Made by a program: the position numbers and the translations under genes. Below the pieces are notes generated by a model. It was given only the letters and a program-made list of their open reading frames with translations, was not told the origin of the DNA and did no database searches. Below are positions 42,364 through 55,507 of a DNA stretch of 64,000 nt, one piece after another. Source of the stretch: Geosiphon pyriformis uo1 (Eukaryota; Fungi; Glomeromycota); NCBI GenBank assembly GCA_016748015.1, contig JAAOMT010000468.1, forward strand, positions 620,001-684,000, read 5' to 3'. The first letter of the stretch is position 1. Each line of letters begins with the position of its first letter.

Positions 42364-44660
42364 TTAAGTGTGATCGAGTCTGTCTTCCATTGGTCCATCC
42401 ATACTAATATGGGATGACATGGCTAAAACATCCAGCTCATCGTATACAAGTTGATCAGGATGAGTACTGAAGGGACCGATATCCAACATTCCTTCTAAAT
42501 TCGTAGTTGCAGATGAATTTCCCATGACTAAGTTTTGCTGAATTACGTATGGAGAGAGCTCCAGGTGATTTAATTGTAAACCGCTAGGCAACTGTTGCAA
42601 AGGTTGTACAAGATTTTCTGGAAGCTGAACCATATTTTTGATACCACCTTCTGGGAGTTGAACCATATTGTTGATTCCATCTTCCGAGAGTTGAACCATA
42701 TTGCTGATTCCATCTTCCGAGAGTTGAACCAAATTGTTGATTACATCATCGCTTTCTTCAGGAACATTATTCAACTCCACTACGCGCAAGGGATTCCGGG
42801 GCCGAATAACAAGATTGAAATTTTTTTCCATAGTTTTCTGTAAATTTTCTATTTCCTATTTTATTGAAGAAAAGATAATGTATTTGGATCATGTAATTCT
42901 CCCTTTGGGTTTAAAGAATCTCTGCAAAAAATTGTGACTAACTTCTATATTTGAACAATTCTTGATATCGTTAACACTTCTAAACATGGCAGCCGATCTT
43001 TCTTTGAAATTGTTGATTTTTTCAGCATGCAGATTGGTCGTTGTTTCGATTGCCGCTTTATTTTCAGCCTATTATAAAGTTTGATGATCAATTTTTTGAA
43101 AGATAATAAGCCAGAATTTTTAGTTGATCATTTTACTTGCCACTTTTTGTTTTAATTCATCAATATTTAAGGTTTCATATGGCGACGGCTCAAGTTTAAT
43201 CGAGCCTACGTATAATAGAATCCAATAAAGTTGTTTAAAAAAGAATTTAAAAGAATTTAACATCTTTAAACCAAAAACTTACTAGTACTATGAGGCGAGA
43301 AGATTTCTTCTATGAAATCATGGTTCATTTTATATCTTGCAAGAGCGACATCACGGGGTTTTATGTTGTCAAATTCATCTAATTCAAAAACCTGATTATC
43401 AAATTTTAATTCTAGATTAAAATAAAAAAAAAGGAGATTCACCTCCAGATGGATCATCTGCTTCTTCCGCTGCGGCTGCCGCTGCTGCTGCCTTATTCTA
43501 ACAAACAAAATAAAGGATGTTGAATGCTAAGGATTTATTTTCCAAAAATCAAAATTAGATTAAAACGAATGCCCAACTTTTGCGGATTTGCCGCGTCGAC
43601 CAGTAGATTTTGAATTTGAAGTATTAACGCCTTTCAGAATTGCGCTAGATGTTGATGCACGAGATTGAAATTGAACATAAGAGGCGGAAGGGGTTGGTGT
43701 GGGCGGCGCTGTTGAATTCACAAGATGAACAACCTGAGGGTTTGGTACATGTCCTTGCATAGGAGATTGCTGTGGTAATCTGGCGTAAGGACTCATGTTG
43801 GGTTGCATTTGTGGGGTAGGATATTTCCGCGTAGGAGTTCTAGAGATCACACCAGGATTCAAAATTTGCCGATCTATGGTAATTTGATTATGATCTTCAA
43901 ATTTACCACTTTTTGTGATCGAGTCAAAGATTTTACGACCAAAAAATTTCATTTTGTTTATACATACGGTTTTCCTCAAGTTTCACGTAATGAAGTAATT
44001 GTAGATTATCATTTCCCATGCTCAATCTATAACGCCTTCTTATTTTGGAGGTGAATTGATCGTTCGGAGCAAATCCACCTTTTCTTTCCGCACAAAGTAA
44101 TTCCTTTGATGATAACAATTATTAAAGGGCTGCTAATTACTTAAATTAGATCATTGAAAAATATCTAAAATAAATTTTCACCCTGCCATCTGGCAAAGTC
44201 GTTTTATAACACATTTCATTATCCAAATAGTGAAATCTAGTAATCCGAGAGTTTCCGATGAAATGTCATAAATTAAAATATTCCTCTAATTATAAAGCGT
44301 AATAGAAATGTGGCCTACCCGTCAGGAGGTAATTCTTCCACAGTAGGAGGTAAGCTGATCAAATAAACTTGACCGTCTGTCCCAATGAAAAAGTTAATAC
44401 AAAGTTTAAATTAGAAATTAAACCTTCTAATTTAAGCTATTGAGCAACTAACCAGCCGGTCTGTCAATATATAAAAAACTGAATGTAATCTGATTTATTA
44501 AATTCATGGCCTTTGTTAGCATTTCTGCCGCCATGTCAGGTGTAAGATTAGAATATCTTGGATAGTCTATGTTAGCCATGTAAAAACATTCTTTGGCGCG
44601 AGTGGGATCAATTGTAGGTGTAAGAGTAGGCCCAAGTGTCGTAGGAATTGTGGTTGCCAT
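42364..44660 (-). CDS. SSR4: SWI/SNF and RSC subunit Ssr4-like protein
   Basis: N-domain FLYIDRPA-DGQVYL..LPPDG..FHYLDNE..E.KGGFAP..RRRYRL..LQLLHY; C-domain DEFDNIKPRDVALARYKMNHDFIEEIFSP. Confidence 0.82.
42616..42750 (-). repeat. 33-bp coding tandem repeat (4 copies, NMVQLSEDGIN-like) in the Ssr4 tail
   Basis: TTC.G.GAGTTGAACCATATTG.TGATTCCATC repeated. Confidence 0.9.
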
Positions 44661-44833
44661 TTTGAAAATATGAAGGAACGCGTCTTTTTGCGTTTTCGTG
44701 TGTGGTAGACGTTGAAGAAGTCAATGTTGATCTACTGAATCCGAGCTTCGGAACAAATTCAGGGTATCAAGATCAACGATTAACTGATATGCTCATATGC
44801 CTTAAAAATTTGTAAGTTGTCACGCTGTTAACC

Positions 44834-46877
44834 ATGTCGACTTTTGGTGGAGGTGCGTAGCCTTCAACTTTTTTTCTTTTTGCTCAAAATTAACTAAGAA
44901 GTTTGCTGGTTAATAGACGAAGTTACCGCACTAGTGCTTGATGTTGGCTCTTGTTGGACGCGTGCCGGTTATGCTGGCGAAGACACTCCCAAAGCTGTGT
45001 TCCCAACCTCGTTTGGATATCTTCCAGGTCGACGAGCCGCCAATAATATAACTACTCTAGAAGCTGATACAATAATGACAGATTTGGCAGGATCAACGGT
45101 TCTTGCTGACTCCGAGATTTCTACAGACAGGCGTCTGGGAAAAAAACCTGCCAAAGAACAATATATAATAGGGGATGGGGAAATTTCAGTTTGGCGAGAG
45201 AATATGGAAATCAAGAACCCACTACATGATGGAATGGGTATAAAATTGAATGATTTTAACATTTTTTGAAAACGCGTGCTTCTTTTCACAGTCCATTATC
45301 TGCCCTTTGTAAAGTTTCAATATTTCTTAAATGATCTTTTTTTTAGTTCGTGATTGGGACGCATTGGAACATATATGGGATTACGCATTAAACAATCGAT
45401 TAAGAGTTGATCCTACTGAGCATCCGTTGTTGGTAACAGAGGCTGCTTGGAATACACGTGAGAATCGAGAACGGTTGACTGAACTCGCATTCGAAAAGTA
45501 CAACTGCCTGGCGTTCTATGTCGTTAAAAATCCAGTTCTCACTGCGTATCCTGTTTCATCAGATCCCGCATTGTTACCAGTTTAAAACTGAACGTTTATT
45601 TTCTTGACTTCTTTTCTAAAATTTTGAGATAGATTTGCTTCTGGACGTCCTTCCGCCATCATATTAGACTGTGGAGCTGCAACAACAAGTGTAGTTCCAG
45701 TTTTCGATGGTTATGTGCTGAAGAAAGGCACACGGTTTTTTTATAATACATTGTTTTTCTTTAAGTTAAGAATTTTTTCATTATTTTTTTTCCCTTTATA
45801 GCAATACAAAAACAATCAGTTGCTGGGAATTTTTTATCGGAACAAATTCTGCTTCAGTTAGATCAATTAGGGATCAACGTAACCCCACAATATCTAATCG
45901 CAAAAAAGTCATTTGTCGACCCCGATCAACGTCCTCTGTTCACCCTACGGAATCGACCAAACACAACACCCAGTTTTCACAAGTTTCAGCAAATGGTATT
46001 ATGTTTGCCCAAAACAGGAATTTCACTCTTCGCTCAAATATCTTTGATTAACTAGTGATCCAAATAATTCTTAGAGAGTAATCCACGAATACAAAGAAAC
46101 AGTCTGCCAAGTTTCTGACACAGCGTACAATGAAACGTTAGTAGGGTTACTCGACAAAAGTATATGAATTCACCAGTAGCATCTCATTGAATAACTATTG
46201 CAAACCAAATCTCCAGACTTATTGCAGCAAGGCCCATGAAACCTTTCGAATTTCCTAATGGGTTTAACACCTCCTTTGGCCCAGAGAGATACAAAGCCCC
46301 TGAGATTCTTTTTCAACCTTCCGAATACACTCTGCAGGTTTGATTTAAAGAGAATAAGTGAAGTGCATTTACAAACTAAACCACTTCTTACTCATCACGC
46401 TCTATTTTTTCCCCATAAATATAAAATCCAACAATAAATTTATAATCGAGCCTCAAGAAGCTGTTGTGGAAGCTTCATCATGTCTCGGCGTTCATGCGAT
46501 GATTTACAATTGTGTCGCCAGTTGTGATATCGACTTAAGGGCAAATTTCTTATCTAATCTTGTGTTCACGGGTGGCAGCAGCCTGTTTCCTGGCTTTAGT
46601 GATCGTGTTTACCAAGAATTAAGCCCAATGGTCCCGGGGGTAAGAAAATAGGGTTTTTAAAATTTTCGCCGACTTATTTTAACCAATTGTATTTTCACTT
46701 TACATTTCTCAGCATAAAATCAAAATACACGCGCCGAACAACGCCGTTGAAAGAAAGTGTAGTGCATGGTTGGGTGGATCGATCCTTGCATCTCTTGGCA
46801 CTTTTCATCAATTGTGGATGTCAAGAAAGGAGTATGACGATCACGGTAAAGTCATTGTAGAAAAGAAATGCGAATGA
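44834..46877 (+). CDS. ARP4: Nuclear actin-related protein Arp4/BAF53
   Basis: MSTFGG|[68 protein letters not shown]. Confidence 0.93.
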
Positions 46878-47365
46878 TTCTCTTCTACTTGTCTAAATGT
46901 AAGTATAACTTGAATGATTGATTTCTGATAAACGGGAATAACTGCTGGCATCTTGGTTCAATTTCAAAAATTCAAGATACCTGAACAGCTCATTTTATTA
47001 ATGATTCAATAAGTCTGAGCGCGACAAAATGCTTTGCTTACAAAGAGGGCAATTTTTCACGTTTGGAAATCTTTTGTGAAAAATTAACATGGTAACAGAA
47101 TTGTTACAATAGACCCATGTAAATATTTACGGCTATGCTCAAGTTAGAATAGATAATTCATCAACATACCCTACTTTCCTTTGTGAAATCAGATGGTAAA
47201 AATTTATGAGTCGAGCAAGTTATTGATCGGTTCTGAATTCAGAAAGCTTGTTAATCACCGACAAGATTATGCTTCACAAGTTATCTATCTAGTTATGATC
47301 AAAATATCAATAGAAAATGTGAATAGGACACTTAAAGTATTAACACTTATAAAAGAATTTTTGGC

Positions 47366-48532
47366 ATGGAACGGATCATGAAAGAGAGCGCTCCCCGAAT
47401 CATACGTTCCTTCCCAGAGCTATTTCGCAAGTCGCGCTTAGCAACCTTTGACCCACTGCTTCCACAAGTCTATAAAACCTATGGGCCTTTCAAAAAACGT
47501 GGTGATTGGGGTTTAAAACGTACCCTTCCAGGCGTATTACGCACGGACGTGGTAACAGTTCAAGCGCTTGACACCCTAGAACATCAGACACCATTTGAAA
47601 GTGCCCAAGGTCATGTGAGATTCACCAGAAAATGGAAAGAACTCTTTCGATTTTCAAAGCCTCCACCTCCGCGGAGTGGTAAGACGGAGCTGAATATATC
47701 CCAAATGTCTGACGAAGAATTCCATAAGTTCTTGGCGAAGGTAAAGAAACTAAAGTTAGAATCGCAGAAAGAAGATCCAAAAGATTTATCAAAAACAGAT
47801 GATTCCAAAGATTTGTCAAAAACAGATGATTCCAAAGATTTATCAGAAATAGACGACTCCAAAGATTTATCAGAAACAGACGATTCCAAAGATTTATCAG
47901 AAACAGACAATTCCAAAGATTTATCAGAAACAGACGATTCCAAAGATTTGCAGAATATAAGGAGTTCAAAAAATATCAGAGATTTAACAGACCTCCTCGG
48001 TCTGCTTAATGCTACAGCTAAATCGCAACCCTCGGACATACAAGGCTTGACTTATTCATATGATAAACCTACTAACAATACCACTGTCGAGGGACGTATT
48101 TTGAATAAGGAAGCTCAGGGGGCCTATGCTGTGGGGGTAGCTGGTATTGTCGCTCTGTTGCCATTCCGAAGGGCGAACCGTATAAACGTTATCAACCGAG
48201 AAAAATTGATGACCTTCTATGTTGAAAAAGCTGAATTTGATCAGCAAGGGAGACCAGTTGTTATCTTATCCCAATCACCAATTCTCGCTAAGTATGATAG
48301 GCTAGATTTCTTAAACCCTACCCCAAGACATTCCTTCTTAGACTCGTCAACCGATCGTTTGAACCACTCCAATAAGGATGTGAATCAAAGGCTGCTTGAG
48401 CGCATTGACGGTTTAATCACAATTGATGATATATTTCCCGAGACTTCAAATAACGCCCCAGCACCCAAAGAAGGAAAACCAGAAGATGATTTTTTATCAA
48501 TACTGAGCAAAACTGCCAGAAGAAACAGTTAG
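47366..48532 (+). CDS. MRP51: Mitochondrial small ribosomal subunit protein Mrp51/bS1m
   Basis: LFRKSRLA, RGDWGLKRTLP, LDTLEHQTPFES, GLTYSY, VEGRIL, AVGVAGIVA; single exon; start may be 47378. Confidence 0.85.
   Translation: MERIMKESAPRIIRSFPELFRKSRLATFDPLLPQVYKTYGPFKKRGDWGLKRTLPGVLRTDVVTVQALDTLEHQTPFESAQGHVRFTRKWKELFRFSKPPPPRSGKTELNISQMSDEEFHKFLAKVKKLKLESQKEDPKDLSKTDDSKDLSKTDDSKDLSEIDDSKDLSETDDSKDLSETDNSKDLSETDDSKDLQNIRSSKNIRDLTDLLGLLNATAKSQPSDIQGLTYSYDKPTNNTTVEGRILNKEAQGAYAVGVAGIVALLPFRRANRINVINREKLMTFYVEKAEFDQQGRPVVILSQSPILAKYDRLDFLNPTPRHSFLDSSTDRLNHSNKDVNQRLLERIDGLITIDDIFPETSNNAPAPKEGKPEDDFLSILSKTARRNS
47773..47950 (+). repeat. 27-bp coding tandem repeat (~6.5 copies, SKDLSETDD)
   Basis: TCCAAAGATTTATCAGAAACAGACGAT repeated in frame. 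Confidence 0.93.
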
Positions 48533-48766
48533 TTTCAAATGGAAGATAAGGCACTAATCAAACCTATGAATAAAAAAGTCTAAATTTCATTACATATTTA
48601 GCTTATTTAAATATTATATGATATTTGATGTCAAGCTCAAAGAAGCTAGCATGAAGATGTGATTGAATTATATGAATACAATCATCAAATTTGTTTGAAT
48701 TCACTACTTAAATATATACAAATCAGGGAAGATAGAAATACAGTTTCCTAGTTGGATATCCTTTGC

Positions 48767-49967
48767 TTATCTGTTAGACGCTATTTCATCGTAACTGGGG
48801 GGTAAATCATCGGTCGTTTCGGACGTTGCGGCTCTTGATGTTGAGGAAGCTACCGCGTTATTGGCTTGTGATGGTGGCCTTGGTGAAGGTGAACGAGAGA
48901 TAGGAGTATTAGCCCCTGAATTGGGGTGGGAAAGATTATAGGGTTCTACTAGATTGCCCACAGTGAGTAATGAAGCTGGTAAAATTGTTGATGTATTAGC
49001 CACCGCATCTAGGTTAGAAGCAGACGAAGATACAAGATGATCCTCGCGTGGGGTGTATTGGGGCAATTGTTCCAGAGTTTCCGGAGGCGTGCTACCCTCA
49101 AGTTCTGAATGAGAAACAAGTTAAGACATTTACAAGTGAAAAGATGTGCTAGAAAAAAGACATTCCGCTTACCGGCTAACCGGTTTATTAATTGACTGTA
49201 AACACTGGTAAACTCAAATCCGCCTGGCATAGTAGAATTGGAAAAGATTATGAAGATTGACAACCTTTCAACAATTACGTAAAATGAAAGAAAATACCTC
49301 CTTCTTTGAAAATGAACTTCAATTCTCCAGGTGAGCTCATTCCTCCGTCAGGAACCTAAATTTATATTATCTTTAAAGATTACTTTTTTTTAGGCTAGGT
49401 TGATGAAAACTAATACACCTACTGGGATTACAATGCACTTATAATAATTCGCGCCAAACCAAGGTTGCTGAAAGCTGCCTTCTCTAATGTTCATCAGTGG
49501 GATGCTTAAAGATTTGAAATGATCGAGGGAAGGTCGCGATATGAATATTACCTGATCAAATAAAAAAATTGATTTAAAATTGATTCCGTTTTCAGTTGGA
49601 AGAACAAGATAAGGATGAGAGGGTTTACACGGTGATTTGTGATAAATATGTTTCCATCAGCCTTATAAACTGCTCCATCCCCGGGATATCCCCTGTACAA
49701 GAAGAAAGTCTACAGTGTGGGCTTTTAAAACACGGAAAAGAAAACAATTCATAGTCTTGGATCCGAAACTTACGCTCCCATAACAAGATTGAGCGAAACC
49801 TTTTTTATACTAAAATTTCGTAACAAATTTGAAGAAGTGAGACCCGTTTAGAGGAATTCAAAAAAACGTGCATATTACATTGAACCTTACGAGGTAAAGA
49901 TCTGTTCACCAGGAAGAGGAACCGGGTTTTTCCCGTCCTCAGTGATCATCGTCCAGTTCAAAGCCAT
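48767..49967 (-). CDS. WBP2-like (GRAM/PH-like N-terminus, C-terminal PPxY) protein
   Basis: MALNWTMITEDGKNPVPLPGE, IFITNHR, QPWFGANYY, LKFIFKEGG, LPPSYDE. Confidence 0.85.
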
Positions 49968-50299
49968 TGATATATTTAGTCTTTTCTGAAATAGGTGTCA
50001 GGTTAAACTTGGGAATTCTATTTCTTTGTGTCTAAAGTGAAACTTAAAACTCGGAATAGAAACTCATTTAATAAGAAACTGTTAAATGATAAGTCTAACT
50101 TCAGATTGTGCAAGTCTTGTGGTTTGAGAATCAACGAATGATATTCAATCAAATCTAGGTAGCTCTTGAAATCATCAAACCCATCCATTATAACCCTTAT
50201 CAGATCAAAAAGATCAAGCGACGGATTGATCGTGTTATGCGTTCTACTTAATTAGAAATAGTTTTGTTACATATATCATCTACTGCTTTCGAATACGAA

Positions 50300-52166
50300 A
50301 TGGATGACAGTGAAGAAATACCCGAACTTGTCGATTTCGTATCTCCTACCCATAATATAGTTTCTGAGTAAAATTTCCGCTTTATTTTGATGAAACTTGT
50401 TTAACGGGCAACAATTATGAACTTTCTGTTTGTTTCAACATAGATCGGAAAATGTTGACTTAAGCGTCAATAAAGTCCCTATTACAATTCTAACAGGTCC
50501 AGCTTCACGCAAAATTTAACGGTTTACTATTGCTAAATAATAACGCATTTTTTTAATCCATCCAATAGGATTTTTGGGCTCGGGAAAGACAACTTTACTC
50601 AATTACATCCTTGCTGAACAGCATGGAAAAAGAATAGCCGTGATCTTGAATGAGTTTGGTGAAAGTTAGGATCAACACTCATCTTAGTCAAATTTGCAAA
50701 ATGATTTGTTCCAATCATCACTGATTTCCCTCGAAAGGTAGTGGAATCGAGAAAGCACTCTCGATCGGTCTTAATGGGGAATTAGTTGAAGAATGGTTGG
50801 AATTGGGAAATGGATGTCTGTGCTGTTCAATTAAGTATATGAATATTCAGTTAGATTTATATCAGTTTTTTTTATTCTTCAAATTTAACTGATTGAAGAA
50901 AACCAATAGAGATAATGGGGTGAAAGCCATTGAGAATTTAATGGAGAAGAAGGGAAAGTTTGACTATATTTTATTGGAAACAACGGGACTCGCAGATCCT
51001 GGTATAAAATTTCTTATTTGAGAATGCTTTCAAAAAGATGCTTAATTTTTAATCTTTAAAAACAGTTCCTATAATCTCAATGTTTTGGCTTGACGATGAT
51101 CTTGGGAGTTATATATATTTAGACGGGATTGTTACCTTGGTTGACGCAAAATATATTTTACAGGTAAGGGGGAGAGGGCATTTGAAGCTATTCTATTTAT
51201 CTTTATTGTTAGCTTACTCAATTTTCTTCAAGTATATATTGGAAAAAAAAGCCGATGGATCAATCAATGAAGCCGTCAGGTAGCCACACTGCTTTTCTAA
51301 TATTAAGCATATTAGTTGCCTTATTTTTGATTCCCTCTTTCTTGTAGACAAATAGCTATCGCTGATCGAATAATTATCAACAAAACCGATTTAGTATCGT
51401 TTGGGGAGCTTGAGGTAATTGAAAATCAAATAAGGTAAGATAAAGAAAGACCATACCCGTGATTCGAACTTTCTGTTTCGCTTCCTATCTAATTGATCTG
51501 AATAGGTCAATAAATGCTGTAGCCCAGATCATCCGTGCAGAACGATCTAGGTATGTAATATGTATAGCATTAGAGATGATTAAAATTAGATTTTTACAGG
51601 AGTATCAACAATGAATTAAAGTAAATTTTTATTTTAGGGTCTCTTTGGATTTTATTTTAGATATTCATGCATACGACTCTAATCAGGATCCTAAAATTAG
51701 TGAACTATTATCTGTCCCAGCTGCTATAAAAGAATTAGAACCTCAGCATCAAATTGAGGTACTTTTCACGTATTTTGCATTGGGCCTATATATAAAGTTC
51801 TTTGCTTTTAACACTAAACAATTTATTCAGAGCGTAAGAACAGTTTGTTTAGATATCCCATCCTCAACTCTCGATATTTCACAAATAGAGGGTTGGGTGC
51901 AAAAATTGTTATGGGATAAAGTCTTACCATCATCTATAATGTCAAAACCCTATCCGATAACCATTCTTCGATTAAAAGGCATCTTTACACCGAATGATCA
52001 AGCGTTGGGGCGCGTAATCATACAAGGAGTTCAAGAATTATACGATTTCCATTACATTGGACAAACCGTTAATAATATCCAAGTGAAAGACAAGCTAGTT
52101 ATAATTGGAAAAAACCTTAACGAACAAGAAATGAAAAACTCCTTATGGCACTGGATGGGTTGGTGA
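50300..52166 (+). CDS. ZNG1: COBW/G3E GTPase zinc metallochaperone (ZNG1/CBWD)
   Basis: N-terminal EIPELV motif, [54 protein letters not shown]. Confidence 0.93.
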
Positions 52167-53556
52167 TAGAAACAAACCTTTATATAGAAATCCCGTTTGA
52201 ATTTGAAATTATTTATATGTGAGTGATCTAATGTCATATTTATTTTATTTTTTTGACCACCTTTTACTATTTCGCCAGTTTATAAATATTATTTCATCGC
52301 TTTTTTTCTTGTACAGTTTGATATTTTATCTTTACTAATGTTTTATTGTGTCCAAACCCAATCTCAATTGTGTATATTACAATTTTCATTATTAATTTTC
52401 ACTATCGAGTTTGGCGCCTTTAAGATTTTCATGACTTATTAAACAGTGAAATATATTGAGATTAGGTCTGTTATATCTCAATTGTATTAACAAAATTTAC
52501 TACTTTTCATATATAGAAATTTATATTCTTAAGAAAGTAGATAAAACAAAACTTTAGTTATTTATAAAATATTAAATTGCTCAATTAATTAAATTTTAAA
52601 ACTGCAATTATATATTAATTTAATTGTAATTAAAAATAGCATTCTAACTTTTAATTAATTATAGTTTGTTTAATTTATAAATTATTTTATTATTTTAATA
52701 TCAAATTTTTATTATTTTTTAAGAAATATTTATTTATAATTTTAAATCAATTTTTAAATCATTATATTGTTTAATTATATTGAATTAATTTTTAATTATA
52801 TTATTATTGTTAATTAAAATGTTAAATTAAAATAAAATTTAAAAATAATAATAAAAATATATTTCAAATTTGATAAATTTTGTTTATAATATAATTACAA
52901 ATTGTTTTAATTTAAAATAATGTTAACCTTTTTAAAAAAACTATGATTATTTGTTTAAAATCATTATAATACAAATTGCAATTAATTATATTTAAATATT
53001 AAATTAAAAATGTTTTTTAAACATGATAATAAATATTTAAATTTTGAATCATATTAATATATGTATAATAAAACTTAAAAATCTTATATAAATTTCTAAA
53101 AAAATTATTTTATATTTTGTTTTATTTAATTTATAAAAATATTAATTAAAACTAAAATCATTGTTGTTGTTGTTGTTGTTTGTTTTTAATTTCAAAAAAA
53201 ATCATTAATAATTGTATTTCTTAATTAGGCTTTTTTAAATTTATGATCATATTTTATATAAATCAATTATTTAATAAATTTTAATTAAAACACATTATTC
53301 TTTTAGATATTTTAAATTACCGGCTACCAATCATATTTAAGAGACAAAAATCATGCACATTTGATATTGCCATGGTACTATACACCTTTAGATGACAAAT
53401 TTCCAACAATGTCCGACTTCTTTATATCATATTCAAGTTTTTGCTTGGCTGCTTTAGTAGCGAATTTTATGATTCTCGCTTTTATTTAACTTTCAAACTT
53501 TCGGTTCTCTTGAGAGTCATAAAATTTGATAAGATAAATATATAAGATTCAAGAAA

Positions 53557-54717
53557 ATGAAGCCAATAATAGGGTTAACGTTTCTTTGTTTTACAATGCT
53601 AATCGGTTCTTTTCTCGTGGGAACTATTCCTCTCGTTTTTCAAATGTCACAAGGAAATTTCCTTGTTGCCTCTGCTTTCGGTGTTGGATTATTGGTTGGA
53701 ACATCATTAATCGTGATAATACCTGAGGGAATCGAAACTTTATACAACGTCCCTCAAACCTCGTTAGTTTTTCCACATGTTCATCAATCAATTAAGAATT
53801 CTATAGATAATGTAGGTGTTCCTCTTGAACAGCGAGTAATTTCTATAGAGGGTGGCATTCAAGACCTCAGTAATAAAAAACAGCAAGCAAATCTTCCTGA
53901 GGGAAACGAAACACAGAGAAAAAGCCCGGAGAGTGAACCGTTTGTCGAGCAGCCAGAGTCTAGAGAAAAAAATGTACTGGGATTATCGACTTCAATCCCT
54001 GAAAATGAGGATGATCACTCCCATTCTGACGATACACATCATTATATTGGTCTAGCTCTAATTTCTGGATTTGCACTAATGTTTTTAATAGATCAACTTG
54101 ACATGCCTCACCAACATCCTAATACCGAATTGAACTCAGATCACACTGAATTACATCCTCTTACGAATGATATTGACCTCGAAGAGGATCAAGTGCATAA
54201 CACCTCCGAAATTTTCAATCAAAATGTGAAGACCAAAATAAAATCTCGTTCAATGACCATTGGTCTCGTAATCCATGCAGCGGCTGATGGAATTGCTCTG
54301 GGAGCGTCAGCCAATCAACCTAGCTTAGAATTCTTGGTATTCCTCGCGATCATGTTGCATAAGGCACCATCTGCCTTCGGACTTTGCACCGTTCTACTTC
54401 GTGAGGGTTATAACCACAAACAAATCTGTTTAAATGTAGCCATTTTTTCACTTTCAGCTCCTCTGACAGCTATGTTGACATATCTCATGCTTCAGGGCGA
54501 TGCACAATTGAATTCGAACAGTATGCAATGGTGGACCGCTATTTTATTAATTTTTTCCGGAGGTACTTTTCTCTATGTATCCATGCATGTGATGCAAAAT
54601 GTGAATAATGGAAATGGTTCTCATCCCGGAAGATTATCAATTCGTCATCTTATCCCATTACTCTTGGGGATGTTCTTCCCAATTTTGTTAGAGTTTGGCC
54701 ATGAGCATGATCACTAA
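53557..54717 (+). CDS. ZIP family metal transporter, ZIP9/Atx2-like, intronless
   Basis: GLLVGTSLIVIIPEG, His-rich loops, GLVIHAAADGIALG, LAIMLHKAP, FSGGTFLYV. Confidence 0.92.
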   Translation: MKPIIGLTFLCFTMLIGSFLVGTIPLVFQMSQGNFLVASAFGVGLLVGTSLIVIIPEGIETLYNVPQTSLVFPHVHQSIKNSIDNVGVPLEQRVISIEGGIQDLSNKKQQANLPEGNETQRKSPESEPFVEQPESREKNVLGLSTSIPENEDDHSHSDDTHHYIGLALISGFALMFLIDQLDMPHQHPNTELNSDHTELHPLTNDIDLEEDQVHNTSEIFNQNVKTKIKSRSMTIGLVIHAAADGIALGASANQPSLEFLVFLAIMLHKAPSAFGLCTVLLREGYNHKQICLNVAIFSLSAPLTAMLTYLMLQGDAQLNSNSMQWWTAILLIFSGGTFLYVSMHVMQNVNNGNGSHPGRLSIRHLIPLLLGMFFPILLEFGHEHDH

Positions 54718-55082
54718 TAATCCCAGAATTGTTTCTAATCCTAGGATTTCTAATTTATTCTCATAATACTAACAAAATAATGCGTATAGTAACATTCCAA
54801 AACATTTTTAAAAGATATAAAGGGATAAGGCAAAATACTTGAATAAACAATTTATGATACTATCCAAAACTTTTTTACCTTTATAAACCTTTAAATCATG
54901 CTATTAAGCCATTATATTTTTAGAAGATCAATTTCAAGAGCTGAATTCAATATTTTAGATATTTCGTAATAACTTTTCAAATTGGAACTCCTCATTGTGG
55001 TTATAAAACTTATTTTACCAAATTTGTGTGTGATTAAGTGACGCACAGCAGACTGGGTCGGCTTTTTTACACTAATGAGAAC

Positions 55083-55507
55083 ATGTCCCTATTCTATACA
55101 GCACGTCCTTCCAGACTGCGTTTGGCTAAATTAGCCAAACTCACTGCAGGCATCTTTAATCGAGTTTATAACCCAACAAACGCTCGTACTGGTAATAAAA
55201 TTTTAAAGAAACACTTACTGGGGCCTACCTTATTAAAATGGTATCCGCAACAGTTAATTCCTTTTCAAAAGCTTCGTGAGGCCATTCCCGAGGTCAATTT
55301 GGTGGATCGGGCTGAACAACAACGTTTGGCTGATAATGCCGCACGAAGAAAACGTGGAAAGGGTCCTCCTAAGAAAGGTATTCGAATTGAGAAAATAACT
55401 CTAATATTCACCATTAAAAACTACATGAATAATTTGAAACTCAATTTACCTGCTTTACAGGTCAAGGCAAACGTGCCAGAATGGCAGCAGCCCGCAAAAA
55501 AAAATAG
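55083..55507 (+). CDS. RSM27: Mitochondrial ribosomal protein Rsm27/mS33, two exons
   Basis: IFNRVYNPTNARTGNKILKK.L.GP..LKWYP, RRKRGKGPPKK|GQGKRA. Confidence 0.9.

Noticed and set aside
47611-48039. Antisense ORFs over Mrp51, and similar shadow ORFs over kinesin, Arp4 and GlyRS
   Set aside because: Explained by the coding strand and its repeats
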